A DNA stretch of 64,000 bases from the human T2T-CHM13v2.0 reference genome, Homo sapiens, in NCBI RefSeq assembly GCF_009914755.1, contig NC_060946.1; one strand, given 5' to 3'. The stretch's first letter is position 1; each line of letters starts with the position of its first letter. The notes under the pieces are model-generated. The model saw nothing but the letters and a program-made list of their open reading frames with translations, did not search any database and had not been told where the DNA came from. A program made the translations under genes and the position numbers. This document shows, in pieces, positions 27,943 through 41,194 of the stretch.

Positions 27943-28789
27943 GGATAGAGGATAAAAGATCTGGTTTTGGGGTTTGCAGACCTGAGGTCTCCCCGCAGCC
28001 CACTTTTTTTTTTTTTTTACTTCCTTGCTGTGTTACCTTGGGCAAGTTGGTGCAGCTCTCTGAGCCCCGTTTCTTTTCTGTGGAATGAGATAATTATAGC
28101 ACCTGCCGCCTGGGCTTTTGCTAAGTTTAAATGAAACCATGCAGTGGATTGCACATAGTCAGTGAGCAAACTGGTAGCTGTTATTTTATGACGAATGACT
28201 TTAAACCTTCTGAGGAAAGCAACCCCCCTTCCCTCATTTGGGGGTAAGGGAAGCTGATGTGCCAGTGTTCTGATATTTTGTGGTTCATTATGCTGTTAAG
28301 ATTTCCATTCTTTTCAAGTTAATGCACTTGCATTTTAATGACTTAGGATGCAGAATCTGCCTCCTTTGGGATGGAACCAGCTGGCTGGCCTTTTGTGAGG
28401 GTGATAGTTGGTAAAACTCTGGACACCCCCATGATCCCTTTGAGTCTAACCTCTGGTTCCCTTTCCTGGCTCCAGAAGGACTGACTCAGTGGGTCTAGCA
28501 TGACCACCAGTGATCCTCTGGTTGAGAGCTGATCACAAGTGGCCAATTAATCTATTACTTGCAGATACATTTTCCATTAGCAGTGGCGGAATCAATTAGT
28601 CAGCGTAATGAACTTGAGTCTGGGCAAACAGGAAGGAGAGGTTAACCCCTTGGTTTCCAAAGGAGGCTGGGATGGCAAGGGAGCGTGGAGAAGATCTGGA
28701 GAGAAATCGAGAGGCTGGATAGGGACAGAGGTTTGGGAACCACAGTCAAGCTTCCAGGTAGTAAGATGAGGTAGGTTGGACCCAAAGAG

Positions 28790-28990
28790 CTCTAGCTTAG
28801 AGCCAGGAAAAAATGGCTTCTCTAGTCATGTGGACATGACAGAGTCATTTTGAGCTCAGTTTCCTCCTCTGCAAATGGGGATCATAATTGTACACACCTC
28901 ATAGGATTGTTGTGAGGAACAAATAAGACAAGTTGTATGAAATACATAGCCCCATGTTGGGAGCGGAAATTCTCAGTGAATGCTAATCTT
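28790..28990 (+). mobile_element. MIR
   Basis: CTCAGTTTCCTCCTCTGCAAATGGGGAT..CCTCATAGGATTGTTGTGAGGA. Confidence 0.82.
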
Positions 28991-29441
28991 TCTGCTACCC
29001 CTTTTTTTCTGCCTCACCACAAGCCACGAAGAGGTGAAAAAGAGACTTCTTGACTTAGAGCTAAAAATAGCAGAAACTTCTTACTAAAATTACTCTAGCT
29101 CAGATCCACATTCAAATGTGTTACAGAGGTCAGGACTCCAACAGGTGCCTTTACTGCAGGCCTTGTCAGGGACTTAAACTTCTGACATGTATCGTGACGC
29201 TCCACAAAGGATTGGAGCAAATTTCCCAGACGTATTAGAATGAAACAACATTCTTTTCCCATCTCAGAGCATTGCACAGGACTGTGAGTTTTATTGTTAA
29301 AATGGTAGGAAACGATGCATTCCCCAAATGCATCGTTTGGGGACCTCTGGTCCCCAAAGGTGGACCAGATAGAGTCCACCTTCTCCCAAAGCCCTCCCTG
29401 TCTATGCAAGCAACTTTCTCACTCTTATCAGTGTTGTTATA

Positions 29442-29521
29442 TCACGTTGGTGCAAAAGAAATTGCAGTTCTTGCCATTACTTTCCATGGCAAAAACCGCA
29501 ATTACTTTTGCACCAACATAA
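29442..29521. mobile_element. MADE1 (Hsmar1-derived MITE), full 80 bp
   Basis: GTTGGTGCAAAAG..CTTTTGCACCAAC inverted repeats with TA TSDs. Confidence 0.97.
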
Positions 29522-30076
29522 TAGACTTGAATTAGGGTCTAGTTACCTGGTGCAGTAAGACCAGATATCCACACGGAGGTCTTGCAGTGGTGGAAAGAAA
29601 GGTGTTTATTTACCAGGTGCCAAGCAAGGAGGACCAGACGGCTAACGCTTATATCCTGACCTCCCGATGGCTTGCAGGTAAGTGTTTTTAAACGCAGGGG
29701 TAAATGTCGGGAGAAGCTATAGGCAAGATTGTAAATCCATACATGGAGGTTACACCTTGGTCTTGGCCAAAAAGGGCAGGATACCTTGAAGCAGAGGCTT
29801 ACAGGTCATAGGTAGATTCAAAGACTATCTGATTTGTAACTGGTTAAGGAAGAGAAGCTTTGTTTAAAATTTGGGGTCAGCAGAGAAGAACATTAACTGG
29901 CTTTGGGGTTTGACTCTCTCCAGACTCCTCAGGAAGAAATTTAGAACAAAAAATGGGGGTCAGAGTTCAGCCATCAGCTCCCCCTTATCTGAGGTTTAGG
30001 TGACAGCAGAGCTGTTCAGTGGGGGTCATTGGTGGGGGTTCAGGGTTCTGGAAAACAACTCAGGGGCATATGTTAA

Positions 30077-30506
<430 letters not shown>

Positions 30507-30854
30507 TAGGTGCCTGGAATTTCCCTTGAAGGAACTCGGAATTTTCCTCTATTTCCATTCTTGGTGGCAGGGGCATGCAGACCGCCAAAAGGGGGTCCTG
30601 CTCCGTCTCAGTGTGTTCCTGTCACAGACTGAAGGCCACACTGAGAAACTGAGTGTAGTGAGCCAGACGTGGTGAGAAACGAAATCACAGAGGACATGGG
30701 GGCACAGGGCCTTGGAGACTCTCACAGGTACTCTGGACGTCATACAAACAGGCCATCAGAGGTTTCTGTGCAGGGGAAGGAGATACTAGGTCTTAAACAG
30801 GCCCCTCTGCTCATCCACGTTATAGTGTACATCAGAACTCCACTCTTTTTAAAA

Positions 30855-31168
<314 letters not shown>

Positions 31169-31871
31169 TTTAATTTTTTTTTAAGTTCTGGGTACATGTG
31201 CAGGGTGTGCAGACTCGTTGCATAGGTAAACGTGTGCCATGGTGGTTTGCTGCACCTATCAACTCATCACCTAGGTATTAAGCCCAGCATGCGTTAGTTC
31301 TTTTCCCTAATGCTCTCCCCCACCCCGCCCTTCCCCAACAGGCCGCGGGAAATGTTGTTCTCCTCCCTGTGCCCATGTGTTCTCATTGTTCAGCTCCCAC
31401 GTATAAGTGAGAACATGTAGTGTTTCGTTTTCTGTTCCTGCATTATTTTGCTGAGGATAATGGCTTCCTCTTTATCTAGTCTACCATTGATGGGCATTTG
31501 GGTTGATTTCATGTCTTTGCTATGTAAGTAGTGCTGCAATGAACATACGCGTGCATGTATCTTTATAATAGAATGATTTATATTCCTTTTTGTATATATT
31601 CAGTAATGGCATTGCTGGATCAAATGGTATTTCCGGTTCTAAATTTTTGAGGAATTGCCACACTGTCTTCCACAATGGTTGAACTAATTTACCTTCCCAC
31701 CAACAGTGTAAAAGCGTTCCTATTTCTCCGCAACCTCACCAGCATCTGTTGTTTCTTGACTTTTGAATACATGCAGCCAAACATACGAAAAATAGCTCAA
31801 CATCACTGATCATTAGAGAAATGCAAATCAAAACCACAACGAGATACCATCTCATGCCAGTCAGAATGGTG
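31169..31871 (-). mobile_element. Older L1PA 3' end with 5' inversion
   Basis: Minus-strand 3'UTR/ORF2 end to ~31768, then plus-strand L1 segment to 31871; degenerate TSD AGAACTCCACTCTTTTTA (30834) / AGAACTCCTCTCCTTTTTA (31872). Confidence 0.9.
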
Positions 31872-32090
31872 AGAACTCCTCTCCTTTTTAAGACTGAGTA
31901 ATGTCCCCTTGTGTGGGTATACCACAGTCTGTTCATCCCTTCACTCACTGACGGACATGTGGGTTGTTTCCAGCTTTCGGCCGTTGTGAATAGTGCTGCT
32001 GTGAACATGGGTGTACACATGTTTGTTTGAGTCCCTGTTTTCAGTTCTTTGGGGTATATACCTAGAAGTGGGATTGCTGGGTCATGTGAA
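31872..32090 (-). mobile_element. L1MB-type fragment (host; also 30808-30851)
   Basis: GGTTGTTTCCAGCTTTCGGCCGTTGTGAATAGTGCTGCTGTGAACAT. Confidence 0.85.
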
Positions 32091-32715
32091 TTTCACTTCC
32101 ATTAATAATAATAATAAAAGCTTCCTCTGGCTATAGGGGCCACAAAGAGGAGGCCCAACCAGCACACCCCTGAGCAAGCTGGCATTAAAATCCCATCTCC
32201 CAGTTGCCTAACTGGAAGTCACCCTGAAAGGAGCAAACACACTCCCTGGGGCAGGAACTTTCTAGTCTTGGCTGAAATGTGCTCCATCCCAAGTGCCCAT
32301 CCACCCTCATCCTCCAGACACTGGCAGGCAGCCGCCCCGAGAGGATTGGATGTTCCCCGTGCTGCGGTGGCAGTAGGAACAGGCCGTTCATCAGTGTCTC
32401 GGGGTCTGGAAAGCCAGTCTGCACCTCCGTGTCACCGCCACCCCCTGCCAGGGAGTGTGTGTGGTGTATGTATTAGCAGGTAAACTGCCCCCCATAATGG
32501 AGATGGATGGGAGCCCAATTTTGTAACAGAGAACCTTTCATTAAGAAAACCACTGCCTTTGGATGATCTAGAGGCACTCACAGGCTGGCCCCAGCCTGGG
32601 ACTTAATTATCTTACCACTAATGAGCTGCAGTTACCAGCTTGTTGGGGCATCTCAGCAACAACAACCGCCTGGCCTTGGGCTCCTTTTCCCCACTGTGGG
32701 CCTCGGGTGACATGG

Positions 32716-32856
32716 GTAGAGATTGTAGAGGATGCGCCAGCTGGGAAGGTCACCATGAGAATCACTTCCTAAGAATGGTCTCTGTCTTCCTGAAGTTCAA
32801 CAGAGGTGTCTGCAGCAGGAGAGAGGAAAGTAGACAGGTGGAAGTACTTTCTGATG
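32716..32856 (+). repeat. Donor copy of a ~141-bp local duplication
   Basis: About 84% identical to 33494-33635 (22 mismatches + 1 indel by hand). Confidence 0.92.
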
Positions 32857-33169
32857 AGGTGGCCTGGAAAATGCTTACATGGGGGCCCTGAGCCTTAACT
32901 ATGTCTGTGTCCATCTCTAGGCCCTAGTATCCTCCTAGGGTGGAACCACGACGAGAGAGGCCTGGGTTAGGTGAGAAAGGCAGGGATAGAAATATATTAT
33001 ATGCAAGAGTGTCTGTTATACAGAAGGACTTGTTCTCCTCCCAGCTGTTTGCCTGATTGATTCCTGCTGGTCTCAGGGGACGTGCTGCTTCCCCAGGGAG
33101 CTCTGCCGAGACTTTACTCTCCACAGTAGAAAACCTCCCTCATCTCTCCCTGGCACGTCTCCCTGTTTA

Positions 33170-33374
33170 TATCCTTTCCAGCTCATCCTGTCTATGATTA
33201 CCTTGTTTATTAATGCATTTAATTGTTTACTGTCTGGCTCCCGAGTTTCTGTCCTCTTCATACCGGCGGGGTCCTCATCTCTTGCAAACTCTCTACCCTT
33301 AGTGCCTAGAAACATGCTTGGTACATTGTTGATGCTCAATACATATTTGTGGAATGAAAGAATGAATGAATGAA
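33170..33374 (+). mobile_element. L2 3' end
   Basis: GCTCAATACATATTTGTGGAATGAAAGAATGAATGAATGAA tail. Confidence 0.85.
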
Positions 33375-33439
33375 CTGTTGATTATTTCTGAGATATAGAT
33401 GTATTAATAGCTCAGAGTAGCATAGTGCCCTTTTTAAAG

Positions 33440-34040
33440 TTTTTTTTTAATTGTGGTAAATTATACATAACATAACCTTTACCATTTGAATGTGTAGAGA
33501 TTAAAGAGGATGTGGAGGCTGGGAGGATCATCATGAGGGCCACTTTCTAAGAATAGCCTCTCTCTCCCTGAAGATCAAAAGAGGTGACTGCAGCAGGAGA
33601 GAGGAAAGTTAGACAGGGGTAAGTACTTTCTGATGGGAGGACAAAGCCATCACCAGTGTCCATCCATAGAGTTTTTTCATCTTCCCCAATGGATATTCTA
33701 TACCTGTTAAACTCTCACTCCCCATTTCCCCTGCCCCAGCTCCTAGTAACTTCTATTCTACTTTCTGTCTCTATAAATATGACTCCTCTAGGGACCTCCT
33801 ATAAGTGGAATCATGCAATGCAAAAGTAACTTACTGAGCCTTCTAGTCTGGCGAAGCACCCAGCATTTTGCCCTGCGTGGAGTCAATCCGTCATTTTGTG
33901 CCTGATGTCTCTTACTTGGCATGATGTCATCCAGGTTCACTTGGTTTAGCATAGGTCGGTACTTTACTCCTTTTTATGGCAGAGTAATATTCCACTGTAT
34001 GGATAAACCACATTGGGTTTATCCATTCATCCACTGCACA
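33440..34040 (-). mobile_element. L1MB-type 3' end carrying non-L1 inserts
   Basis: TTGTGGTAAATTATACATAACATAA..TAAGTGGAATCATGCAAT..AGTAATATTCCACTGTATGGATA. Confidence 0.85.
33494..33635 (+). repeat. Inserted copy of the ~141-bp local duplication
   Basis: Shares CTGCAGCAGGAGAGAGGAAAGT and AAGTACTTTCTGATG exactly with 32716-32856. Confidence 0.92.
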
Positions 34041-34876
34041 GTGCACTTCTGAGAGAAGACGGGTAGATGGTGCAAGGTGGGGAATTATATATTTCTGTTT
34101 TGGAAACTTCAGAGTAAGAGAGAGCTTTCCCATCCAGTCACGTCTCGTGCCTAGTGCTATGTCCTTTGTGTGCTGGTGACACTAACTTGCTTTACACCTC
34201 CATGCCTTTCCCTATGCTGTTTCCTGTGCTTGAAGCACCCTTCCCACTGGCCCATTGTTGGCCTGACAAGTCTCATGTCGGCTTCAGGGTGAAAACCTCA
34301 ATGAAAGTGGAAATTACATCTGTTTTATTCACCTCTGTATTTCCAGATCATTAGATGCCATACATACAGATAAGCATGCATGAGTGAATAAGTCATTCCA
34401 AGCTACACTCCTCCAGAGGGTCCTCCTTGACTGTACCTCATGCTATGGAGCTAATGCTGGCTGTTTTCGAGTCAGCCACCACACTCATTGATTGATGCTG
34501 TGTTTGTCTCTCCTATTAGACTATGTGCTCCTTGAGGACAGTGCTTGTGTCTTACTCATTTTTGTGCCCCTCCCTTGTCCTATAATATACCCAGTGTAGG
34601 TATCTATTGAATAATGCTGAAGGTTGTGCACAGATGTCAGCTGTTATTATCTTCCTTCCCCCTGCCACCCCACCCCAGCTACCTGGCTTCAGGTGGTCTT
34701 GTCTTCATCTCAGCAGGGACTGGGAGCTTATGCTGTCAGTGACTTGCTGCACAGTGCTATGATGTGGAAACCTCCTGCTATAACTATCGTATAACTTCTT
34801 ACATCTTTGTGGCACTCAGATGTTCCTTAGCTTCCTCAAGTCTCCAACAGCCTACTGATGGTTGACAGAAAAGACT

Positions 34877-35185
<309 letters not shown>

Positions 35186-37022
35186 AGAAAAGACTATGGG
35201 GTTCACTTTACAGGGTAGGAAACTGAGACTCAGAGATGGGAATGGCTTTGAAGTTTGTTAGTAACAGATGGTATGCCAGCACCCAGATTGCCTACCCCTA
35301 GGTCCTGATTTTCCCCTCTCTTCCATTCTGGGGGAACTGCATTTATAAAAAGTTTAACATTAGTAGTGATAAGAACAACAAAATCAATATGACTGGCAGC
35401 TAACTTGTTTTGAGCATCGGTTCTGGTCTGGCACAGTGCTCACCATTTTACATAGCATGGAGTCGGTATGGGTCAGTTTCCCAAATGTGCTTTTTTAAAG
35501 AACTGGAAACCCAGAGGCATTTGAAATATGTGTCTTTTGAATCAAAGAAACATAGAGGATTTGAAGATGGAGGAGACCGCATTTTATTTTATGGCCCTGG
35601 ATAAAGTCACTACGCCTATCCCTCTGAGACTCAGTTATCCCCATCTGTAAAATGGGTGGTTGGATGAAATGAACACTCGAGGTCTTCTCAGAGCTGACAT
35701 TCTACAGATTCATCAGTGAGTTTCCTCTGACTCTCCTTGAATGTGACTTTGTCCATTCGGAGGGCGGTCCTGGCATCAGCAAGGGTGACGATTGTTTCCT
35801 TCCTGGAATCTTTGGATTGCCATGAGAGCGAGGAGCCACTCAGCAACATGAGGAAGCCACATGTGCCACATTCTTCAATGGCAGCAATTTTCCGTGTAAT
35901 TAAGTTTATTTATCATGTATATTAAGGGGAAAATGGAGACGCATGATCATCACAGCCCATTTGCCATCGACATCCATCTCTCAAGCGTTGCTTCTGTTTT
36001 CTCCAAGGCCAACAGCCATGATGGATGTGGGGCCCAGGAGAGCCATCTGGCACGAGGACTGGTGGGAACCCAGCCCCCTACAGGACCCAGGTCTCACCCC
36101 CTGGACAGATGCTTCTCCCAAAACCGTCCCTGTCCTCAAGGAGCTGATAACCCAGGAATCGTGGTTAATGGTGACATTGGCTAACACTGGATGTTGCTTT
36201 CCTTTAAACCTGCAGTTAGCTTTCTTCCAGCAGAATGCTGAGATATTACTCCTGTGTTCACATGTGGAAATGCAGCATGGCTGCACCATTTCACCATTTC
36301 TACCACTCTAATCATTGTAGCTTCCTCTTGCTCTCTTTTTAAGCTAAGCCTTAGCCTGGCTTCTTGTACCTATAGGGAGTTCAATTCATTTACCAATTCA
36401 CTCAACAAATATTTGAGTGCTTCTCTGGTGGAAGACTACCATTCCAGGCTTTTGGGATTTATCAGTGAACGGAAGAAAGACTTTCGGCCTCCTCAAGCTT
36501 ACTTGGTGAATATTTTGGAATCAAAAAATGAATAAAGGAGCAAGAACATACGAATCACTTCAGTTATTCAACAAACATTGAGCGCTTCCTGTGGACAGCA
36601 CCTTGCTGATCACACGTGGCTAAAATGGGGCCCAAGCAGCTTCTTCTGTTTCCTCATGGAGCTTACATGCTAGAGGAGAAGGAAGACGTAAATCAAAGAA
36701 TCACACCAATGAGTTTCTAAGTACAAAATGAGATAAAGCACTATGAGGGAAAGGGTGTTTTTCAGAGTATATGAGAAGTGCGTGTTCTATACTGGGGGTG
36801 GGGATTCAGGAAAACTTTTGGAGGGAGAGATACTTAAACTGAAACCTGAGGCAAGGGTTTTCATCAAGTGAGAGAAGGAAGTGCAGGGGCATGGGGTAGA
36901 GGAATAGCATGAGGGCTCTATCCGTTAGGATGCCTTAGGCTGTCAGTGTCTGAAGACCTAACTCAAAATGGTTTAAACCATAAAGACAATTTGTTACCAT
37001 GTCATAAGAAGTCAGAAGTAGG

Positions 37023-37321
37023 TGCCAGGCGCGGTTGCTCACGCCTGTAATCCCAGCACTTTGGGAGGCTGAGGCGGGCGGATCATGAGGTCAGGAGATC
37101 AAGACCATCCTGGCTAACACGGTGAAACCCAGTCTCTACAAAAAAATACAAAAACAAAATTAGCCAGGCGTGGTGGCGGATGCCTGTATTCCCAGCTACT
37201 CAGGAGGCTGAGGCAGGAGAATGGCGTGAACTGGGGAGGCAGAGCTTGCAGTGATCCAAGATCACACCACTGCACTCCAGCCTGGGTGACAGAGAGAGAC
37301 TCTGTCTCAGAAAAAAAAAAA
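37023..37321 (+). mobile_element. AluY, inserted in an old MLT1-like LTR (~36920-37660)
   Basis: ACCATCCTGGCTAACACGG, GAATGGCGTGAAC; TSD AGAAGTAGG. Confidence 0.95.
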
Positions 37322-37693
37322 AGAAGTAGGGCAGCTAGCTCCAGGGTTGGTTAATTCAGTGGCTCAATGACATCATCCAAGGTCAAGTTCTTTTCTGCCT
37401 TCTTTAGAGTGTGGGACAAAATACTCAACATTATTTCTTCAGGGTCACTGAATGGCTGCTGGAGTCGGCTCCCACAACAGCATCTAAACCTAGAAGAGAG
37501 ACTTCTGCTTCTCAGCCTCCTTTTAAAGAGAGAAGAAGCCTTTCTCAGAATTCTCCCAGGACATTTTTCATTGTCCAGGACTGTGTTGGTTCATACGAGC
37601 CAATGGGGTTGGGAGGAAGCCTGTTGGGTGGATGAGAGCATCCTGGAATCCAGGATGACCTAGTCTGGAGCTAAGGAGACGTGGCTTGGAATC

Positions 37694-38103
37694 TGATATG
37701 GTTTGGATCTGTGTCCCCACCAAATCTCATGTCGAATTGTAATCACCAGTGTTGGAGGTGGGGCCTGATGGGAGGTGATTGGATCCTGGAGGTTAATTTC
37801 TTATGAATGGTTCAGAACCATCTCCTTGGTGCTGTTCTCGTGATAGTGAGTTCTCATGAGATTTGGTTGTTTAAAAGTGTGTAGCACCTTCCTGCACCTT
37901 GCTCCTGTTCCTGCCGTGTTCACACCTCCTCACTCCCCCTTTGCCTTTTGCCATGATTGGAAGCTTCCTGAGGCCTCCCCAGAAGCAGAAGCTGCTATGT
38001 TTCCTGTACAGCCTGCAGAACCATGAGCCAATTAACCTCTATTCTTTATAAACTACCCAGTTTCAGATATTTCTTTGTAGCAATGTGAAAACAGATTAAC
38101 ACA
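37694..38103 (+). mobile_element. MSTA-like MaLR solo LTR
   Basis: TGATATGGTTTGG..TAACACA; perfect 5-bp TSD GAATC. Confidence 0.93.
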
Positions 38104-38261
38104 GAATCTCAGTTTTGAAGTCAATTGGCTGTGTGACCTTAGGTAAGTCTCTTTCCCTCACTGGGTCCTAAGCCCCCAATCTGAAAAACTAGAGGGTTGG
38201 ATTAAATGGTCTGAAGGATTGTTTTTCCATGTGTAAGCTTCTAGGATTCTAAATGAGCCAT

Positions 38262-38644
38262 TGCTAGGGTGGGAGTTGGACATGTTGTTCACCACATTTT
38301 TGTCTTTCTGCCTTCTGGGCACGTGAAGCTTGCATTTCCTGGCTGTCTTGCAGGTAGGTGGGGTTACGGTATAGTTCTGGCCAATGAGTTGAGCACATGT
38401 TCCTGTCCAGGCTGGAGCATTTGATTCCAGGTTTGAGACTACAGATTTCTCTTTCCCTCTGGCTATGGCTAATATTTGAGATGGTGACTGTGCCCTGTCA
38501 ACCTGAGGCCCTGAGTGACAGTAATGAGAGCCTCCCTTTTCCATGCCAACCCAATAGGCATGCAACACAAGCATGAAATAAACGTAGGACGATTTGGGGG
38601 TTACTTGTTACAGCAGCAGGATGGATCCTATCCTGAGTGATACA
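38262..38644 (+). mobile_element. Old MLT1 (K/L-like) LTR
   Basis: TAGTTCTGGCCAATGAG..GAAATAAAC..TTGTTACAGCAGCA..TCCTGAGTGATACA. Confidence 0.72.
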
Positions 38645-38984
38645 GTTATGCTACTAACCATGTAGCTGACACAAAAGGGGAATTGACTCTGTGCTCGGCT
38701 GGGTGAAGCCCTTCACTTGCTTCTATTTACCCCTCACAGCAGCCTTGTAGAATGGGTGCAGTTAGCACCCCTATTTCAAAAATGAAGCAACAGAGGGGGA
38801 AGGCCAGCAGCTCAAGGTCACACAGCAGGGGAAGAGCAGAGCCAAGGATTCAAACTCCAGTGAGTCTGACTCTGAATCATGATGAAGCCATATCCTGCCT
38901 TGATAACTTGGCAGAGGTTTTGTTCCAGGCTAAAGAATGAACGAAGAGCTTGAAGAGCTGTGCCTGTGAGCATGTGTATGCATG

Positions 38985-38986
<2 letters not shown>

Positions 38987-39038
<52 letters not shown>
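38987..39038. repeat. (TG)26 microsatellite
   Basis: Perfect TG run. Confidence 0.98.
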
Positions 39039-39041
<3 letters not shown>

Positions 39042-40125
39042 AGCTGACTACCACACTTCACTTCAGAGTGAGAGAGGCCTTGGTGGGGGAGAAGGAGGGG
39101 CATTCCCAGTCAGAAGAGATTCCCATCCTGCCCCATCTTTCTCCCTGCAGACACCTCCTCCCCTCCCTGCAGCTTCCTCTGCCCCAAGCTCCCTGCAGGC
39201 CCTGAGCCATCTCTGCCTTCTATGAGACCTAATTAAGCCCTGGTGAGGAGGTCGGAAGCATCAGTTCCTGGCAGGCAGCTCCCTGGAGTGGGGATAATGG
39301 TGGGTGGCGCATCCATGGATCCTGAGTAGGGTAGCAGAGATGTCTACTATAATCATAGTGACCATAACATCACCCTGCTAGCCTTAGGAAGAGCTGTAAC
39401 AGTGGCTGCCATTGTTACGTTTATCCCCCCACTAGCCTGGCTCAGGGTTGCAATAAGCATTTATGAAGCATTCCCAGTTGACCATTAGGATCTTACTGGA
39501 GACAGAATCCTTTCCTCTCTGCTCCATCCTCATCCACTCATCTCAGTGGGAGTGTTTGAGGGGGGTGCCCCAGCTGGAAGAGCCCCAGACTTGGCCTTCA
39601 GTTCAACTCATTGCCCTGCTTTACAGAATAGGAGACTGAGGCCTCGGCAGGCCAAGTTCAAGGCTGGCCAGTGGTGGAGCTGGAACCAGAGGATGTGGTG
39701 CAGGGAGGCGAACCCGGGTCCCTCTCCGGGCCCTTTGGGACTGTGGGTCAGTGGAGATGGGGAGGCTGAGGCTGGAGAGGGCCAGCTCTCCCCAGGGGTC
39801 ACTCAGGGGCTATGGCTGGCCCTGGGCTACCAGAGGGTACGGGGTCGTGGAGGGCCATGGTCCTGCTGATGAGGCAGCCTTGGTGAGGGGCCATGGAGCT
39901 GAACCCCGAGGCTCTGACTCCCCAACCTGCTTCTGGCAGCCGCCGCCTCAGGGAAAGCAGCCTTATTAGTGCAGCCGCCTGCATGGCCGTGGGTGCAGCC
40001 AGGGGCGGAAAAGGCCTTATTTACCCCAGTGCTGGACCCTGTGAGCAGTGGCCACACACACTGCAAGGGGAGCTCGCAGAGCCACATGTATGTCTCGGGC
40101 CCTGGGTCGACAGAGTGTGCTTAGA

Positions 40126-40183
40126 CAGGCTTGCATGCTCAGGTAAGCCGGTTGGCCAGGCTTGTATGCTCAGGTAAGCCGGT
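40126..40183 (+). repeat. 31-bp-period tandem duplication
   Basis: CAGGCTTG(C/T)ATGCTCAGGTAAGCCGGT at 40126-40152 and 40157-40183. Confidence 0.92.
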
Positions 40184-41194
40184 GTATACAGAGACACACA
40201 CAGGTGTGTGGTGACACACAACTGCATGGACGTTCCCACATCCACACAGCACGGGGCACACACATATGCATCTGGGTGTGCAAACACAAGTTCAGACATG
40301 CATGCACGTGTGTTCCCCTCCTCCACTCACGTCCACACTCATCTCTCTGCACACAGAGTCACACAACAGGTGCCCACGTACTCAGGAACATAGAAATCCA
40401 CAGAAGCACAAATATAGACTTCACATGCATGTATAAGCTCCTGCCTGTTCACCCAGACACAGGCTGGTAAACGTGTACACTGAGAAGACACACACATGGG
40501 CAGGTCTCCAAATACTACCCCTGCAGCCAGGAGCACACACACCCTGAACACACGCACATATTCCCTTGCCCTTTCCATGGACAAGCACTCCCGAAAAGTA
40601 ATCATTGACATCGGCACACCGGTGCACACGGTGTGTGGACTCATCTGTCTCTCTGTCTGTGCTAAGTTCTACTCATCTTCCTGAGGAACAGCACTTGATA
40701 CATTTTTACGGCACTGTCGCTGAACCCAAACCTCATTTGATTCCCCCAGCCTTCCCTGGGCCAGACTTTATGTATCTCCGTCTTACAGATGATGAGAAAA
40801 CTGAGCTTCAGATGGAGCAGGGGACTCCCCAAGACACCCCGATAGACACAGATGGCATGGGCAGTCACAGTCAGATGTCCTGACTGCATCCCAGCAGGGG
40901 TAGGGTTGTGGGAAATGGCACACAGGCCTAGGTTTGAATCCCACTCTGCTGCTTACAGCTGGGCTGGGTGACCTTGGGCAGGTCTCTTTACCTCTCAGAG
41001 CCTTGGTCCTCCCGCATCGAGACACGCAAACACCCACCGCCACTTGGTGGCGTTGTGCGGAAGGTGAAGGGAGAACAATGCAGAGGACAGGCTCAGAGCA
41101 GGGCATCCTGGAAGGAGTCAGCAGATTCACCCATCTTTATTCTTATTTCCATATTATTATTATTATTCACATAGACCATGTGATGACATAGACC

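Noticed and set aside
38950-39225. Cys/Val- or His/Thr-rich ORFs (also 54019-54400, 54699-54962)
   Set aside because: Translations of TG/CA/CT microsatellites.
40185-40640. CA-rich stretch with many ORFs
   Set aside because: Degenerate CA low-complexity sequence.
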